Source: Macrostomum hystrix
Taxonomy: Eukaryota; Animalia; Platyhelminthes
Assembly (NCBI GenBank): GCA_950097015.1
Contig: CATNEN010000031.1
Span: 186,001 to 250,000 of the forward strand
DNA length: 64,000 bases
Reading direction: 5' to 3'
Shown here: in pieces, positions 1-11,647 of the stretch
Layout: each line of letters opens with the position of its first letter
Numbering within the stretch: position 1 is the first letter of the stretch
Translations under genes and position numbers: made by a program
The notes under the pieces: generated by a model
Databases searched by the model: none
The model's input: the letters and a program-made list of their open reading frames with translations, nothing else
What the model was told of the DNA's origin: nothing

Positions 1-1764
1 TTCTGCGTCCGACCGCCTGGGGCGCGCACCTTGACGCCCGATGCACTTCGCGCACGACTCAGAGCCACGTAGAGCTGGCCGTGCTGAAAGCAGGCCGTCG
101 TCAGGTCGACAGCGTAGGTGCTCAGCGACTGGCCCTGGCTCTTGTGGATGGTCATGGCGAAGCATGGCCGGATTGGAAACTGCAGGCGGCGGAACGTGAA
201 GGGCAGCTCAGTAGGACTCGGCTCCTGTGGGATTCGCGGAATAAACACCTGCCGCCCACGGTAGATGCCAGTGGCGACCTCCGCGAGCAGCACATTGTCC
301 CGCAGGTCTCGCAGCAGCAGCCGGGTTCCGTTGCACAGCAGCGGTGGGTCGAGGTTCCGCATCATCATGACCGGCATGCCGACCTTGAGCTCCAGCCGGT
401 GATGCGGCAGGCCGTTGGGATCAAGTCGGTTCAGCAGCTCCGGTGGAAAATTGGTAGCTGCCACATCGTCGTTCGGAATCGAATCGACTGATAGATAAGC
501 CCGACTGTCTCCAGGAAAGAGCGCCAGGCAGGCGGCGTTGGTCTCGTCTACCGTCCTGTTGAGCGGCGACAGAATGCTCCGCTCCGCGAACATCTGGTCA
601 CGGTGCGGGCTTGGCTCGAACGACGGGTAGACGTGCCGGATGAGCTGCTCAGTGGTTGTGTCATCAGGCATGAGAATCTCGCTAGGCAGGGAAACCATGC
701 CCTCTTCGTCCTCTGGCAGCTCTCCGTTGCCAACCTAATGGAATTGTGGAATAAAAAAGACATTTCAAGTTCCATAGAATTATTTATTTAATAGTGTCCG
801 TAAGCATGCAGAAATGGATTAAGCAAAATATTGTAGTTATTCGGAAATTAGTTTTAGAAAGTAGATTATGAATGAAACGCATTAATTTAAAAGTTTATGC
901 AAAATAGTGAAGGAATTATTTTCTCACCTGCATAAGAAAATCTGCGTAGCTTTTGGCATCAGAGTCGCTCTCGAGCCGCAGATTTCTTGTCAAATGGTGC
1001 TGCTGGAAATGTGGCCACAAAGCCGACTGAGTCAGGCAGGCGTCGATCGTGTTCGCCTGCGTTCCTCCGGGCACCACAGCCAGCAGCTGGCGGAAGTCGC
1101 CGGCTAGCACCAGCAGCGCTCCTCCGAACGGCTGCTCGACCCGCAGCAGATCTCGCAGAGACCGGTCCACGATCTCCAGGTCCTTGCGGTGCGTCATCGG
1201 TGCCTCGTCCCACACGATGATTCGCGCGTTCCGCAGAATCTCTGCGAGCTTGCTCCGCCTGCCGATGGAGCAGAAGGCATTGTCTTGCCGAACTGCGCAG
1301 ACGGGTATCTTGAACCTGGGCGGAGGGGATGATGATTCGGGGGTTGAACAGCATAGTGCAATATGAATGGATTAGGAAAAGGAGGCAGATAAAATATGCA
1401 AGCAAAAGCGCCAGCAAAGCAGCAGTAATAAAACAATACTTAGATAAAGAATTGCGGCTCACATTGAATGTGCGGTCCTGCCACCGGGAAGAATGGTCGC
1501 CGCAATTCCAGATGATGCCACGGCTACAGCAATCTGGCGCTTCGCTCGAGCAGAATTAAGCAGAAGCGTCAGCAAGAATGTCTTGCCCGTGCCGCCGGGA
1601 GCATCGATAAAGTGCAGGCCGCCACCGCCGGCCTGCATGCTGGACTGAATGGCGTCGAAGATCGCTCGCTGTTCGCCAGTCAGCGTGCCGATTTGCGCCG
1701 TGACTTCTGCCTGGAGCTCAACGGCTTCTTCGTTTGTCGGCAGGCAGTCAGTCAGTTGGTGAGT
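1..1764 (-). other. Pif1-family SF1B helicase domain of RepHel
   Basis: GGTGKT, SSGIAATILPGGRTAHS, DEAPM, GDFRQ, LKVGMPVMMMRNL..LCNGTRL, QFPIRPCFAMTIHKSQGQ. Confidence 0.93.
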
Positions 1765-4700
1765 CTGGGAAAGTGAAAGGAAAGAAGTTAGTTATAGAAG
1801 ATATTTTTATATGAATTCAGCAATGAAAAGAGTAAATAAAGTAAATAATTGGAGTATTTCCAATTACATCAATAAGAAATGAAATGACAGAAATAATGCT
1901 CTCATAAGAATAAGCGCACTTGCCTGATCCGGCTCTGACCGTGGCTTAGGCAGGCCGTAGGCAGGCAGCTCGGATCCTCCCATGGTCTCCAGCAAGTTCT
2001 CCAGCTGCCGCAGCACCTCGGATTCGGCAGCTTCGGTGCTGTAGCCCTCGTGCAGCAGGTCGCCAGCCATCTCACTGGAGAACTCGCGCCACAGCTTCGG
2101 TGGATCGCTAGGGTCACCATGGGTTAGAATAGCCGCGAAAAGCCGGCGCAGAGCTGCTGGCAGCCGCGTCTCCGCAGCCTCGCGCATGCACAGCTGCCAG
2201 TGCTTGTCGTCTTCCAGCAGCCCTCTCGCCTGGCAAGCGGCCTTGAAGGTCGGCTGTAGGACGCCATCAACAGTGCGCAGCGCCTCGAATGACGTCGGGC
2301 CGCGCACGTTCACCAAGAGCAGGCGCAGGTAGAAACAGTCGCCCATCCGAGGGCTGACTGTGTAGATCCGGCCGATATTGCCGGTCGTCAGAACGCCAGC
2401 TGGCTGACCGGCAGTCTCTCGGCCGCGACCTGCGCGATGCCAGGTGTGCGCCCTTTTGTCCCAGGTGAAGTGCCGGGGCACCTCTTGGTAGAGCAGGCCG
2501 CGGGCGACTTCATCTTGGCGACAGAGCTGGCAAGGTGTATGAATGGGTCATGATATGAATTATTATAGTAAAAAAACGGAGTAATGTTGATTAACTCGAA
2601 GCATTCTAGAATAAGCATTGCCTACAAAGTACACAGATATAAGCAGAAGCAACAGTTGGCTGAAAGACTTGCATCAAAGAAGGCGGTCAGAGTCGTGTCT
2701 TTAGGCCGAGCAGCAACAGCCTGGGCCGTCTCGCGAGTGAAAAAGACCCGCTGCTCGTCCTTCAGATGGACGGCGAGTCTTATCACAGGGGGGTATCGGC
2801 TGTGTACTTCAAAGCCCAGGATCGTATTGACCGCTTCCATTGGACCGATGTACCTGCCCAGAAGGTAGTCCTTGATCTCGTCAACCGTCTTGCCGTGCGC
2901 CGACTGACCGACAGTAGGGGCAGCAGTGCTGGCTGACACAGATGCAGCCTCTTGTCGGACTTGATAGGCAGCCATGTCGCTACCCTTGGTGATGTATTTA
3001 ACGACATACTTGATCGCCTTGACTGTCGCGCAGATCTCGACATTAAGGTGACAGCGAAACTCGCGCAGCAGCGCTGGGCAGTACGGAACCACCCAGCGGT
3101 TGTCGAAGGTGAAATTCGCCTTCTGACCGCCGCGCAGCTTGGCCATCTTTGTCACCGAAAAGCCGCCCAACTCGACAGATCTGCGGCAGTAGTGCGGGTA
3201 GCCGTCTTCTTCAATCCTAGTGGCTGCTAGGAATGCCCTCGGGTAGCGTTTGCTGCAGACCCCGTTCTCCATGCACGGCGCCGCCGGGTTGAGCTGCTGG
3301 CCACACGGACCATGCAGCAGATTCTCGGCGACCAGCTTGTGCAAGTCCGCGTCGGCGACTGGGTCCGGGATCTCGGCGCTGATGATTGAGTCGTACTGGT
3401 CCGGCTTCAGCTTGTCGGCCAGCCACAGCAGAGCGTGCACGTGGGGAAGACCTGTTTTATTTAATAATTTTTAGTGCGGAATCACGGATTAAATATTGAA
3501 TAACCTGTACTGTATTACACGCCAATTAGTAAATAAACTGCTTATATTTCACTTAATTATAAGAACATATCTTTGCCCCTACCTCGCTTCTGGTACTCGA
3601 GGGCACAGACTCGAGCCAGCGTGTCCCCGAACAGATTCTTCAGCCTGTTGAGGAAGGCCTTCTTCTTCAGCTCGAACACCCGGGCGGTGATGTCCGGCCG
3701 ATCGACGGCAGTCTGGCCCGGAAGCAGCTCAGCCAGAATCTCGGGCCACTTGGGGTTACACGTCATCGTCAGGAACAGGTCTGGGCGGCCATAGGCGTGA
3801 ACGTATGCCATGGCATCCTGCTGACGCTCAAGACGGTAACGTGGGCCTCCGACGTAGCTGGAGGTCAGGATGATATGCTTCCCGACTTCTTCCGGGTTGC
3901 CGTCGTCCTCGTGCAGCGCGTCTCGGAGACCGCGAAGACTCTCGGACTGCAGGTCTTTCTGGTGCTGCCGAATGAAGCTGAGGCGCTCGGATTCGATCTT
4001 GGCAGCCTGGTCCACCAGGTACTGCTGGAAGAGCCGGCGACCGTACAGCAGGCTGTTGAACTGGCCTGGCCGCACCTGAATCATGAAGGCGTAGAACTTC
4101 ATGTTGGTGATGCCGCGATCCTGCTTGAGCCCAATGTGCCAGCCGTCCTCACCGAAGGGGAATAGGAGCACATACTCCAACGGATCATAGGAGCGGTGGG
4201 TCTCGTAGATATCTTGCAGGCCTGCGAATGAGTAAAAATAGAATTACGAAGTACTAAGGAAATAATCAAGAATCTGGAAAAGAATTAGCTCTAGGGGAGA
4301 AAGAAATTTTGCGGCTCCTATAAATTAATTGCAGCTATTTCATAAAAGCCATAATTGCAGTAAATTAACAATGTGGCTGTCGATGCCATAGAACTCACCA
4401 CCATCTCTCAGACGCAAGATCACATCCCGTCGCTGCGCCTGGATTACGCCTTCATCATCGCCAAGGTCCGTTAGGATGCCAACTTCACTGCACTCGGGCA
4501 AGTTGAAGCGCCGGACATGCTCCCCAGATGGGCGGGCATCTGAGTTGATCACGACCTTGGCGTTCTGCAGCTGCGGATCGCTGCGCAGCAAGTCGACTGC
4601 GGACTTGAAGCTGCGCACGTAGCTGTTGCAGTCGTGCAGAGTTGCCTGCAGTTCCGCCAGCAGACGGCTATTCAGCCCGGTGGCCCACTGTAGTCGAGTT

Positions 4701-6348
4701 TGCAGCTCCTCGTCTACAAAAAAGACCTGGCAGAACCGAGCCGGGTCCCCCGGGTTCGGCAACAGGCTGCCGATCCGATGGTGCATCTGACCATGGAGGA
4801 TGAAGCTCGGGTTCCAGCCGGGCTGCTCTCGCTGTGCGGCACCGAGAGATGTCATGTGGAGGGCGCCGTTGTACTTCCGGATGTCCTTGAGGAACTGCGA
4901 GCTGTCCGGATGCTCGCCAGTCAGCAGTCGCTTGAGGACATCGGGCGGATCACGGCGCGGCTCCAGGTGGGTCTGCCGGTGGGATTTAAAAAATTCCTCA
5001 TCTTAAACAGGTTATAAAAGTTACGGTATGGCAATCAGTAAACAATCAGTAAAAAACTAAAAAATGTAGCACTTGCATGCTCTTGCTAGGGTGGGTATTC
5101 ATGAAGTGTCTAAAGCTTCATGGCATTGATAAAGTAATCAACAAAATGATCAATAAAACTGATTAATAAAAATTGGACTCACCTTGCCAGAGTGGCAGCA
5201 GATGCTGGCTGGCTCGTCATTCCAGCGTAGCGCGCCGCAGTGCGGACACTGACGGTCCATGCGGCCGAGGACATGTGGCTGGTGTGCCAATTCCAGCAGT
5301 CTGAGAAGCGAAAAACGGAAAATTTAAATGTGTATCATTTTATTAAAGATGCTGAATGTGGATATAAACTCGTTTTAAGCTAGGAGCCTTGTACATAAAG
5401 GTTGTAATGTATGGGCTAGAAAAATGTACATAAAAATAAAAATAACTAATAGTACTTATCATAGAATATGATACAGAGAAAGTATTGATGTACATTGTAA
5501 AATAATAATGACTGAAACGCCTACCTGTCTCGGCGCCGGTCTGCTTGCGCATGCAGACGCAGATCGTGCTCATCAGCGGCCTCAGCCGTGCGACGCTGAC
5601 TCTGTCGCTGTCGCTGCATGTCAAGACGAAGCACGTGGACCGTCTCCGATTCACTTGCGCGGCATTCCGCTGTGTGCTGCCGGTCTAGCTCGCGGCGATT
5701 CTGGCGCTCGGCCTCGCCCTCAGCTGCGCGGTCTTCAGCTGTGCGCAGCCGGTTCTGCTCGAGGCGATGCTGGCGCTCGGCCTCGCCCTCAGCTGCGCGG
5801 TCTTCAGCTGTTCGCAGCCGGTTCTGCTCGAGGCGATGCTGGCGCTCGGCCTCGCCCTCAGCTGCGCGGTCTTCAGCTGTTCGCAGCCGGTCCTGCTCGA
5901 GGCGATGCTGGCGCTCGGCCTCGCCCTCAGCTGCGCGGTCTTCAGCTGTGCGCAGCCGGTTCTGCTCGAGGCGATGCTGGCGCTCGGCCTCGCCCTCAGC
6001 TGCGCGGTCTTCAGCTGTGCGCAGCCGGTTCTGCTCGAGGCGATGCTGGCGCTCGGCCTCGCCCTCAGCTGCGCGGTCTTCAGCTGTGCGCAGCCGGTTC
6101 TGCTCGAGGCGATGCTGGCGCTCGGCCTCGCCCTCAGCTGCGCGGTCTTCAGCTGTGCGCAGCCGGTTCTGCTCGAGGCGATGCTGGCGCTCGGCCTCGC
6201 CCTCAGCTGCGCGTCTTTCTGCATGGCAAAGCCGATTCTGCTCCAGGCGTGCTGCATGCTCCTCTGGTGTCTCGGAGTCCCTCCGCTTCTTGGCACCAGA
6301 TGCAGCGCGTGTAGAGCGGGACAAATTGCCTCGACCGCGTTTAGGCAT
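1..6348 (-). CDS. Helitron Rep/helicase (RepHel) transposase, 9 exons, about 1650+ aa, last few codons cut by the window edge
   Basis: Exons inferred by hand: 6348-5525, 5300-5183, 4972-4399, 4221-3583, 3451-2673, 2526-1924, 1764-1463, 1315-928, 734-<1. All splice phases are mutually consistent and I saw no in-frame stop. Motifs: Zn finger CPHCGALRWNDE..ICCHSGK; HUH motif EYQKRG|LPHVHALLW; catalytic tyrosines KYVVKYITKG; Walker A DAPGGTGKT; Walker B IIVWDEAPM; GDFRQLLAV; FAMTIHKSQGQSL; HGQLYVALSR. Confidence 0.93.
2673..4221 (-). other. Rep (HUH/Y2 rolling-circle initiator) domain of RepHel
   Basis: YGRPDLFLTMTCNPKWPEI, EYQKRG|LPHVH, HGPCG, DNRWVVPY, HLNVEIC, YVVKYITKG are the standard Helitron Rep motifs. 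Confidence 0.92.
5525..6273 (-). repeat. 69-bp coding tandem repeat = 23-aa STPR-like repeats (about 11 units, 7 near-identical)
   Basis: The DNA period is 69 bp (e.g. gaggcgatgc at 5761 and 5830). The peptide unit is EGEAERQHRLEQNRLRTAEDRAA, flanked by degenerate units ETPEEHAARLEQNRLCHAERRAA and ESETVHVLRLDMQRQRQSQRRTA. Confidence 0.85.
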
Positions 6349-7958
6349 TAGTACAGAGAAAATATAAAAAATAAAAATAAATTAGAAAAGTGAAAATTGA
6401 GATGCGTTTGAAACAATCCGGCCAAATGTGGATCTGTGGTAGCGAAATAAAGCGTGACTTTAAATGAAGCAATTAGCTGTCCCGTGCCTGCAGCTTTGCG
6501 CCTCTAAATCTCCACCTCTCTACACCAAGTGTACAAACTTCGCTTTGATTAGTAAAACCGCTGCCTAACCAACCAATCAGCGGAGAGTTCTCTATGGACT
6601 AAATTTTATCTTATCTTCAATGTACATACAGACAATCGATTTAGTTTATTTTTCAGGCTTGGCCGATGACTATGCACGAAAAGGTGTGAATTCTTCATTG
6701 CGTCTCTTGGGTATCCGATTTTATTTTTTTTAAAACACCCCGTGCGATCTTGCGTGAATGTACAGTCATTTCTATTCAATTCAGAGAGTTCAGACCTCAG
6801 TGTCGAAACTGACTAACCAAAAACTCCTCACCCAATGATGTCTGAAAGTAGCAATGTGCGTAAACCGCCTTTTGTCCGACTAAACTGTTGAAAACAATTC
6901 AAAATTGACCAATTTTTCTTTAGCTACCATGCCCAGAATCTTCAGAATTAAAATAGACGACAACTTTCGGATAAGATTGAGGGGCTAGAAATCATATCGC
7001 GCGAACTCCATCAACTTTAAATTAAACCCCACCCGTTAAAACAGGTGAAGTCCGAGCCATTAATATTGACGACAGCCAGTTCTCCGGGCCCCGGTCAGTC
7101 AGAGGTGCGAATTTCAATAAATAAAATTCAACAGCCCGCCTTTGAGAATAGGAATGTGTGAAACTGTATTGTGGCAAATTCTCTCTCCTTAGCAATCTCG
7201 CCGAGACACTGTACACTCAGCTGAAAGCATTGCAAAAGTATAAAAACTTTATTTGCCCTTGGTATCCCCAATTTTCGGAATTCAGCAATGAAATTTATAT
7301 CTCTGGATTTAGAACTTCAAGTTCTCTCCAGCAGTACAAATTTTATCCACAAATCTTAAAAAAGCAAAATAATATTCTCAGTTGAAATTTCTGCAAAGGG
7401 CAGCCAGTTTAGTAAGCACATTCTTCTCCGCCTACACTGAGAGGCCCGCAAATTTTATCAATTGAATTTTAACCCAGCCAACTCTGCCCTGCCCATTGTA
7501 CGCACTTCAATATTGAACAAATCAGACCCCTCAATAGAAATAACTCGCGGCACCCTCTCTCCGCCAATACACAGAGGCAGTTAGAATGTGCGTACGGCAA
7601 CCTCTCCGCCCCATTTTTTTTCAAACCGACTGCCAACCCTCCACTGGAGAGAAAATACACTAAACAGATAGGCACAAAATGTTGACGCAACTCATTTAAC
7701 CGAGGCCAATTTCATCACAGCGGGAAGGACATTTGCCTACTATATACTACTTAATAGCCTTTCTGCTTTTTTGAGGATCATAGAATTTGAAATTTCAGAA
7801 TTAAAATAGCCTATAGCCTTCCTCGGAAAATTTCCCATTTTCCCATATAAGTTTCAACGCTGAGTTGCCAGTATTCTAGGAGGAGATGTCGAACTGACAC
7901 ACACACACACACACAGACACACACACAGACAAACAACACGTGAAAATTAGTATATTTA

Positions 7959-7985
7959 CGAGCTAAACTCCTCCTCCGGAGGAGG
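7959..7985 (-). other. Helitron 3' terminus: 16-bp palindrome CCTCCTCCGGAGGAGG, then AGTTTAG-CTCG, joined head-to-tail to the next 5' end
   Basis: A perfect palindrome at 7970-7985 ends 11 nt before the inferred terminus, the canonical Helitron geometry. The same motif recurs at all 23 junctions of the array. Confidence 0.82.
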
Positions 7986-8945
7986 TTGAGGGGATCAAAG
8001 TCCTTGCGCCTGAATTCCATCCGCCAAACTCTAACAATGCGAATTTCACATTTCCCCTCAGAGCCGTCGACTTGTGTAATCCTCAGAATTTCACACTTTC
8101 CTTCCATTCCTTCTCAGTGGATGAAGTTGAGGGGATCAAACTCCTAGCACTTTTGAACTATACCGTTAAACTCAAAAATGCTTGTGGAATTCTGCGACCT
8201 TTAATATTGTTTATTCCAGACACAGAACTGGCAGTTGGAGTCCTTAGCCGCTGTTGAATTGAAATAACGAAATCGAAGACATCATTTGCGGGTGCGCAGA
8301 ATACGAAGTCAAACAAATTCGGGATTTAAGCAAATCATTCGGGAATTAAGAGTTTATTAAAAAATTTTTTAATTCGATATACTGTTTTGTCCTTGTATTT
8401 TTGTCTGTTTGTTCCTATCGAATCGCGTCTTTTTTCTGTATTCTGCGCACCCTGAGTACACTATGGGGTATATTTATTTTTAGCTCTAAATTCAGCAGAC
8501 ATGTGAAGAACAGTGAGTCATATAAAGCGGCATAATTCAATATATCTAAGAAATTCAGGCGTAGAGCTGTACATAGATTTTACAAAGAATTGATATAGTA
8601 TTTTATTCAGTCGTTAGTATTCTTGTCAACGCCTTAATTATAATTTTTACCGTGTCATTTCCCTCACTCATAATTTATGTCACCAACCCTAACAGTTTAT
8701 TCAGTTGTCAAAAAATTCTCTTTTACTTTCTCTAATAAGGAAAGAGGCTTGTCTCTCTCCTCTTTAGTTTTCGGTTCTCGGATTACATCGGATTTACATT
8801 GACGGCTAATTGCAGCCAATTGCAGTAGAGGGTCCACATTGAATTCTAGCACACTTAGCAGTTTTTTCACAGATATTCGCTCTGAATAGTTCAGTATTTT
8901 TTCAGCTAACCATGCATACATCGAACATGCAAAACATAGAGTTAA

Positions 8946-11647
8946 TCAGTTATGCTTGCCGATAAGCTGCCGCAGCACAATATTCTGCGTCCGTCCGCCT
9001 GGAGCTCGAACTTTCACGCCATCGGCACTCCGCGCACGACTCAGAGCCACGTAAAGCTGGCCGTGCTGAAAGCAAGCTGTCGTCAGGTCGACAGCGTATG
9101 TGCCCAGCGACTGGCCCTGGCTCTTGTGGATGGTCATGGCGAAGCACGGCCGGATCGGGAACTGCAGGCGGCGGAAGGTGAAGGGCAGCTCGCTCGGACT
9201 CGGCTCCTGTGGGATCCGCGGGATGAATACCTGCCGGGTGCGGTAGACACCGGTGGCAACCTCCGCCAGCAGGACATTGTCATGCAGTTCGCGCAGCAGC
9301 AGCCGGGTCCCATTGCACAGCAGCGGCGGGTCCAGATTGCGCATCATCATCACCGGCATGCCGACCTTGAGCTCCAGCCGGTGCAATGGCAGGCCATTGG
9401 GATCCAGCCGGTTTAGCAGCTCCGGTGGAAAGTTGGTCGCTGCCGTATCATCATGCGGAATCGAGTCGACAGACAGGTAGACCCGACTCGCACCGGGGAA
9501 GAGCGCCAAGCAGGCGGCGTTGACCTCGTCCACGGTCCTGTTGAGTGGCGCTAGGATGCTCCGCTCCGCGAACATCAAATCACGTTCGACGTTCGGCTCA
9601 AAGGACGGGTAGACGTGCTGGATGAGCTGCTCAGTGGTTGTGTCATCGGGCAGGATGATCTCGCTAGGCAAGGACACCATGCCCTCTTCGTCCTCTAGCA
9701 GCTCTCCGTTGCCAACCTGAGGGCAAAATGTAGTAATTCATGAGACAAAAAGCAAGTAATAAAGTACAATTTTTTGCTAAAAAAAGTACAATTCTCTGTT
9801 CATTAATCAAGGAACATGAAAGTAAAATTTCTGACCTGCATAAGGAAATCCGCGTAACCCTGGGCAGCTGAGCCACCCTCGAGCCGCAGGTTTCTTGTTA
9901 GCTGGTGCTGACGGAAGTGCGGCCACAAAACCGACCGGTTCAAACAGGCCTCGATCGTATTGGCCTGCGTCCCTCCGGGCACAACAGCCAGCAGCTGGCG
10001 AAAGTCGCCAGCCAGCACCAACAGCGCCCCTCCGAAAGGCTGCTCGACGTGCAAGAGATCCCGCAGAGTCCTCTCGACGATCTCGAGGTCGAGGTCGACC
10101 TCTCAAACGCAATATCACGTCCCGCCGTTGCGCCTGAACTACGCCATCAGCTTCGCCTAGGTCCGTCAGGATGCCGACCTCACTGCACTCAGGCAGGTTG
10201 AACCGTCGGACATGCTCCCCAGATGGACGGGCACTGGGGTTTATCACTACCTTGGCACTCTGCAGCTGCGGATCACTGCGCAGCAAGTCCACTGCCGACT
10301 TTAGGCTACGAACGTAACTGTTACATTCAAACAGAATAGCTTGCAGCTCCTGTAGCAAATTGCCGTTCAGGCCGGTCGCCAATTGCAGTCCCGTCTGCAG
10401 CTCTTGGTCGACGAAGAACACCTGGCAGAACCTGGCCACATCCCCCGGGTTCGGCAACAGGCTGCCGATCCTATGGTGCATCTGACCATGGAGGATGAAG
10501 CTGGGGTTCCAGCCGGGCTGCTCACGCTGCGTGGCACCAAGCGACGTCATGTGGAGCGCGCCGTTGTACCTCCTAATATCCTTCAGGAAATGTGCGCTGA
10601 GCGGATGCTCGCCAGTAAGCAGCCGCTTCAGAACATCGGGCGGATCGCGGCGCGGCTCCAGAAGGGTCTGTGAATTTGATTATGAAAAAATGTAGCTTAA
10701 CAACAAACAGCTTGCACAATGTTCACAATTATCAATCATAACACATTTCGTCTGGAAAAAATAGGTAAAATACTTAAAGAATGATTAAGGACGAAATTAA
10801 AGTAAGAAATATCTACCTTTCCGGAATGGCAGCAAATGCTAGCTAGTTCGTCCTTCCAACGAAGCGCGCTGCAGTGAGGACAAATAATGTCCATCCGACC
10901 GAGTAAATGTGGCTGGTGTGCTAACGCCAGCAGTCTGTGGCAAGGAAATAAAGTTAAAAGACATCTTAGTATCTCAACAAAATAATAATTAGTTCCATTC
11001 AACAACACCAAGTCCAAGTCTACATACAGAATCTGACACTTTGAAAGCGAAAGCACACAGGTTAAGTGGATAAAAAAAATAATATCGAAAAACACCCACC
11101 TATCTCTGCGCCGCCCTGCCTGAGCATGCAAACGGCGGTCGCGTTCATCAGCTGGCTCGTCATCGCGATGCTGACTCTGCCGCTGCCGCTGCACCTCCAG
11201 GCGATGCAGACGGGCTGCGTCGGATTCAGTTTCCCGGGCTTCGGCAATGCGCAGCCTGTCCAGCTCGAGGCGATGTTGACGCTCGCCTACGCCTTCAGCC
11301 TCCCGGCTTTCTGCAGTACGCAGCCGGTCTTGCTGGAGGCGATGCTGATGATCGGCTCCACTTTCAGCCTCCCGGCTTTCAGCAGTACGCAGCCGGTCTT
11401 GCTGGAGGCGATGCTGACGATCGGCTCCACTTTCAGCCTCCCGGCTTTCAGCAGTACGCAGCCGGTCTTGCTGGAGGCGATGCTCACGATCGGCTCCACT
11501 TTCAGCCTCCCGGCTTTCAGCAGTACGCAGCCGGTCTTGCTGGAGGCGCCTTGCACGCTCATCGTGAGTCTCGGATGTCCTACGCCTCTTGGCATCCGAT
11601 GCAGCGCGTGTGGAGCGTGAAAGATTGCTGCGACCACGTTTCGGCAT
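8946..11647 (-). pseudogene. RepHel pseudogene lacking the Rep domain and helicase Walker A/B motifs
   Basis: Exons 11647-11100, 10934-10817 and 10667-~10100 are fused out of frame to helicase sequence (DLEIVERTLRDLLHVEQPFGG, ~10090-9836), followed by exon 9716-8946. The missing part corresponds to about 4404-1183 of copy 1. Confidence 0.9.
11100..11572 (-). repeat. 69-bp coding repeat, STPR-like, about 7 units (copy 2)
   Basis: Unit ESGADRQHRLQQDRLRTAESREA (23 aa) with degenerate flanking units. Confidence 0.82.

Larger units (their letters stand above)
1..7958 (-). mobile_element. Autonomous Helitron, copy 1 (3' end lies outside the window)
   Basis: Encodes a complete-looking Rep-helicase. 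Its 5' terminus on the minus strand reads TAAATATACTAATTTTCACGTG followed by a (TG)n/(TGTC)n microsatellite, resembling animal Helitron TC..TATACTAA starts, and abuts the hairpin-CTCG 3' end of the next element at 7959. Confidence 0.92.

Noticed and set aside
5761-5769. 9-mer GAGGCGATG shared by the STPR-coding repeat and the reverse strand of the minisatellite
   Set aside because: Only 9 bp, in opposite orientation, with different periods (69 versus 15); compatible with chance.
81-6367. Plus-strand and alternative-frame ORFs over the Helitron gene (also 8952-11620 and those over the LINE)
   Set aside because: They are shadow ORFs of GC-rich coding sequence and of the 69-bp repeat.
8697-8921. 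74-aa ORF in the 3' region of copy 2 as a captured host gene
   Set aside because: It is short with no recognisable motif; this cannot be supported without a search.
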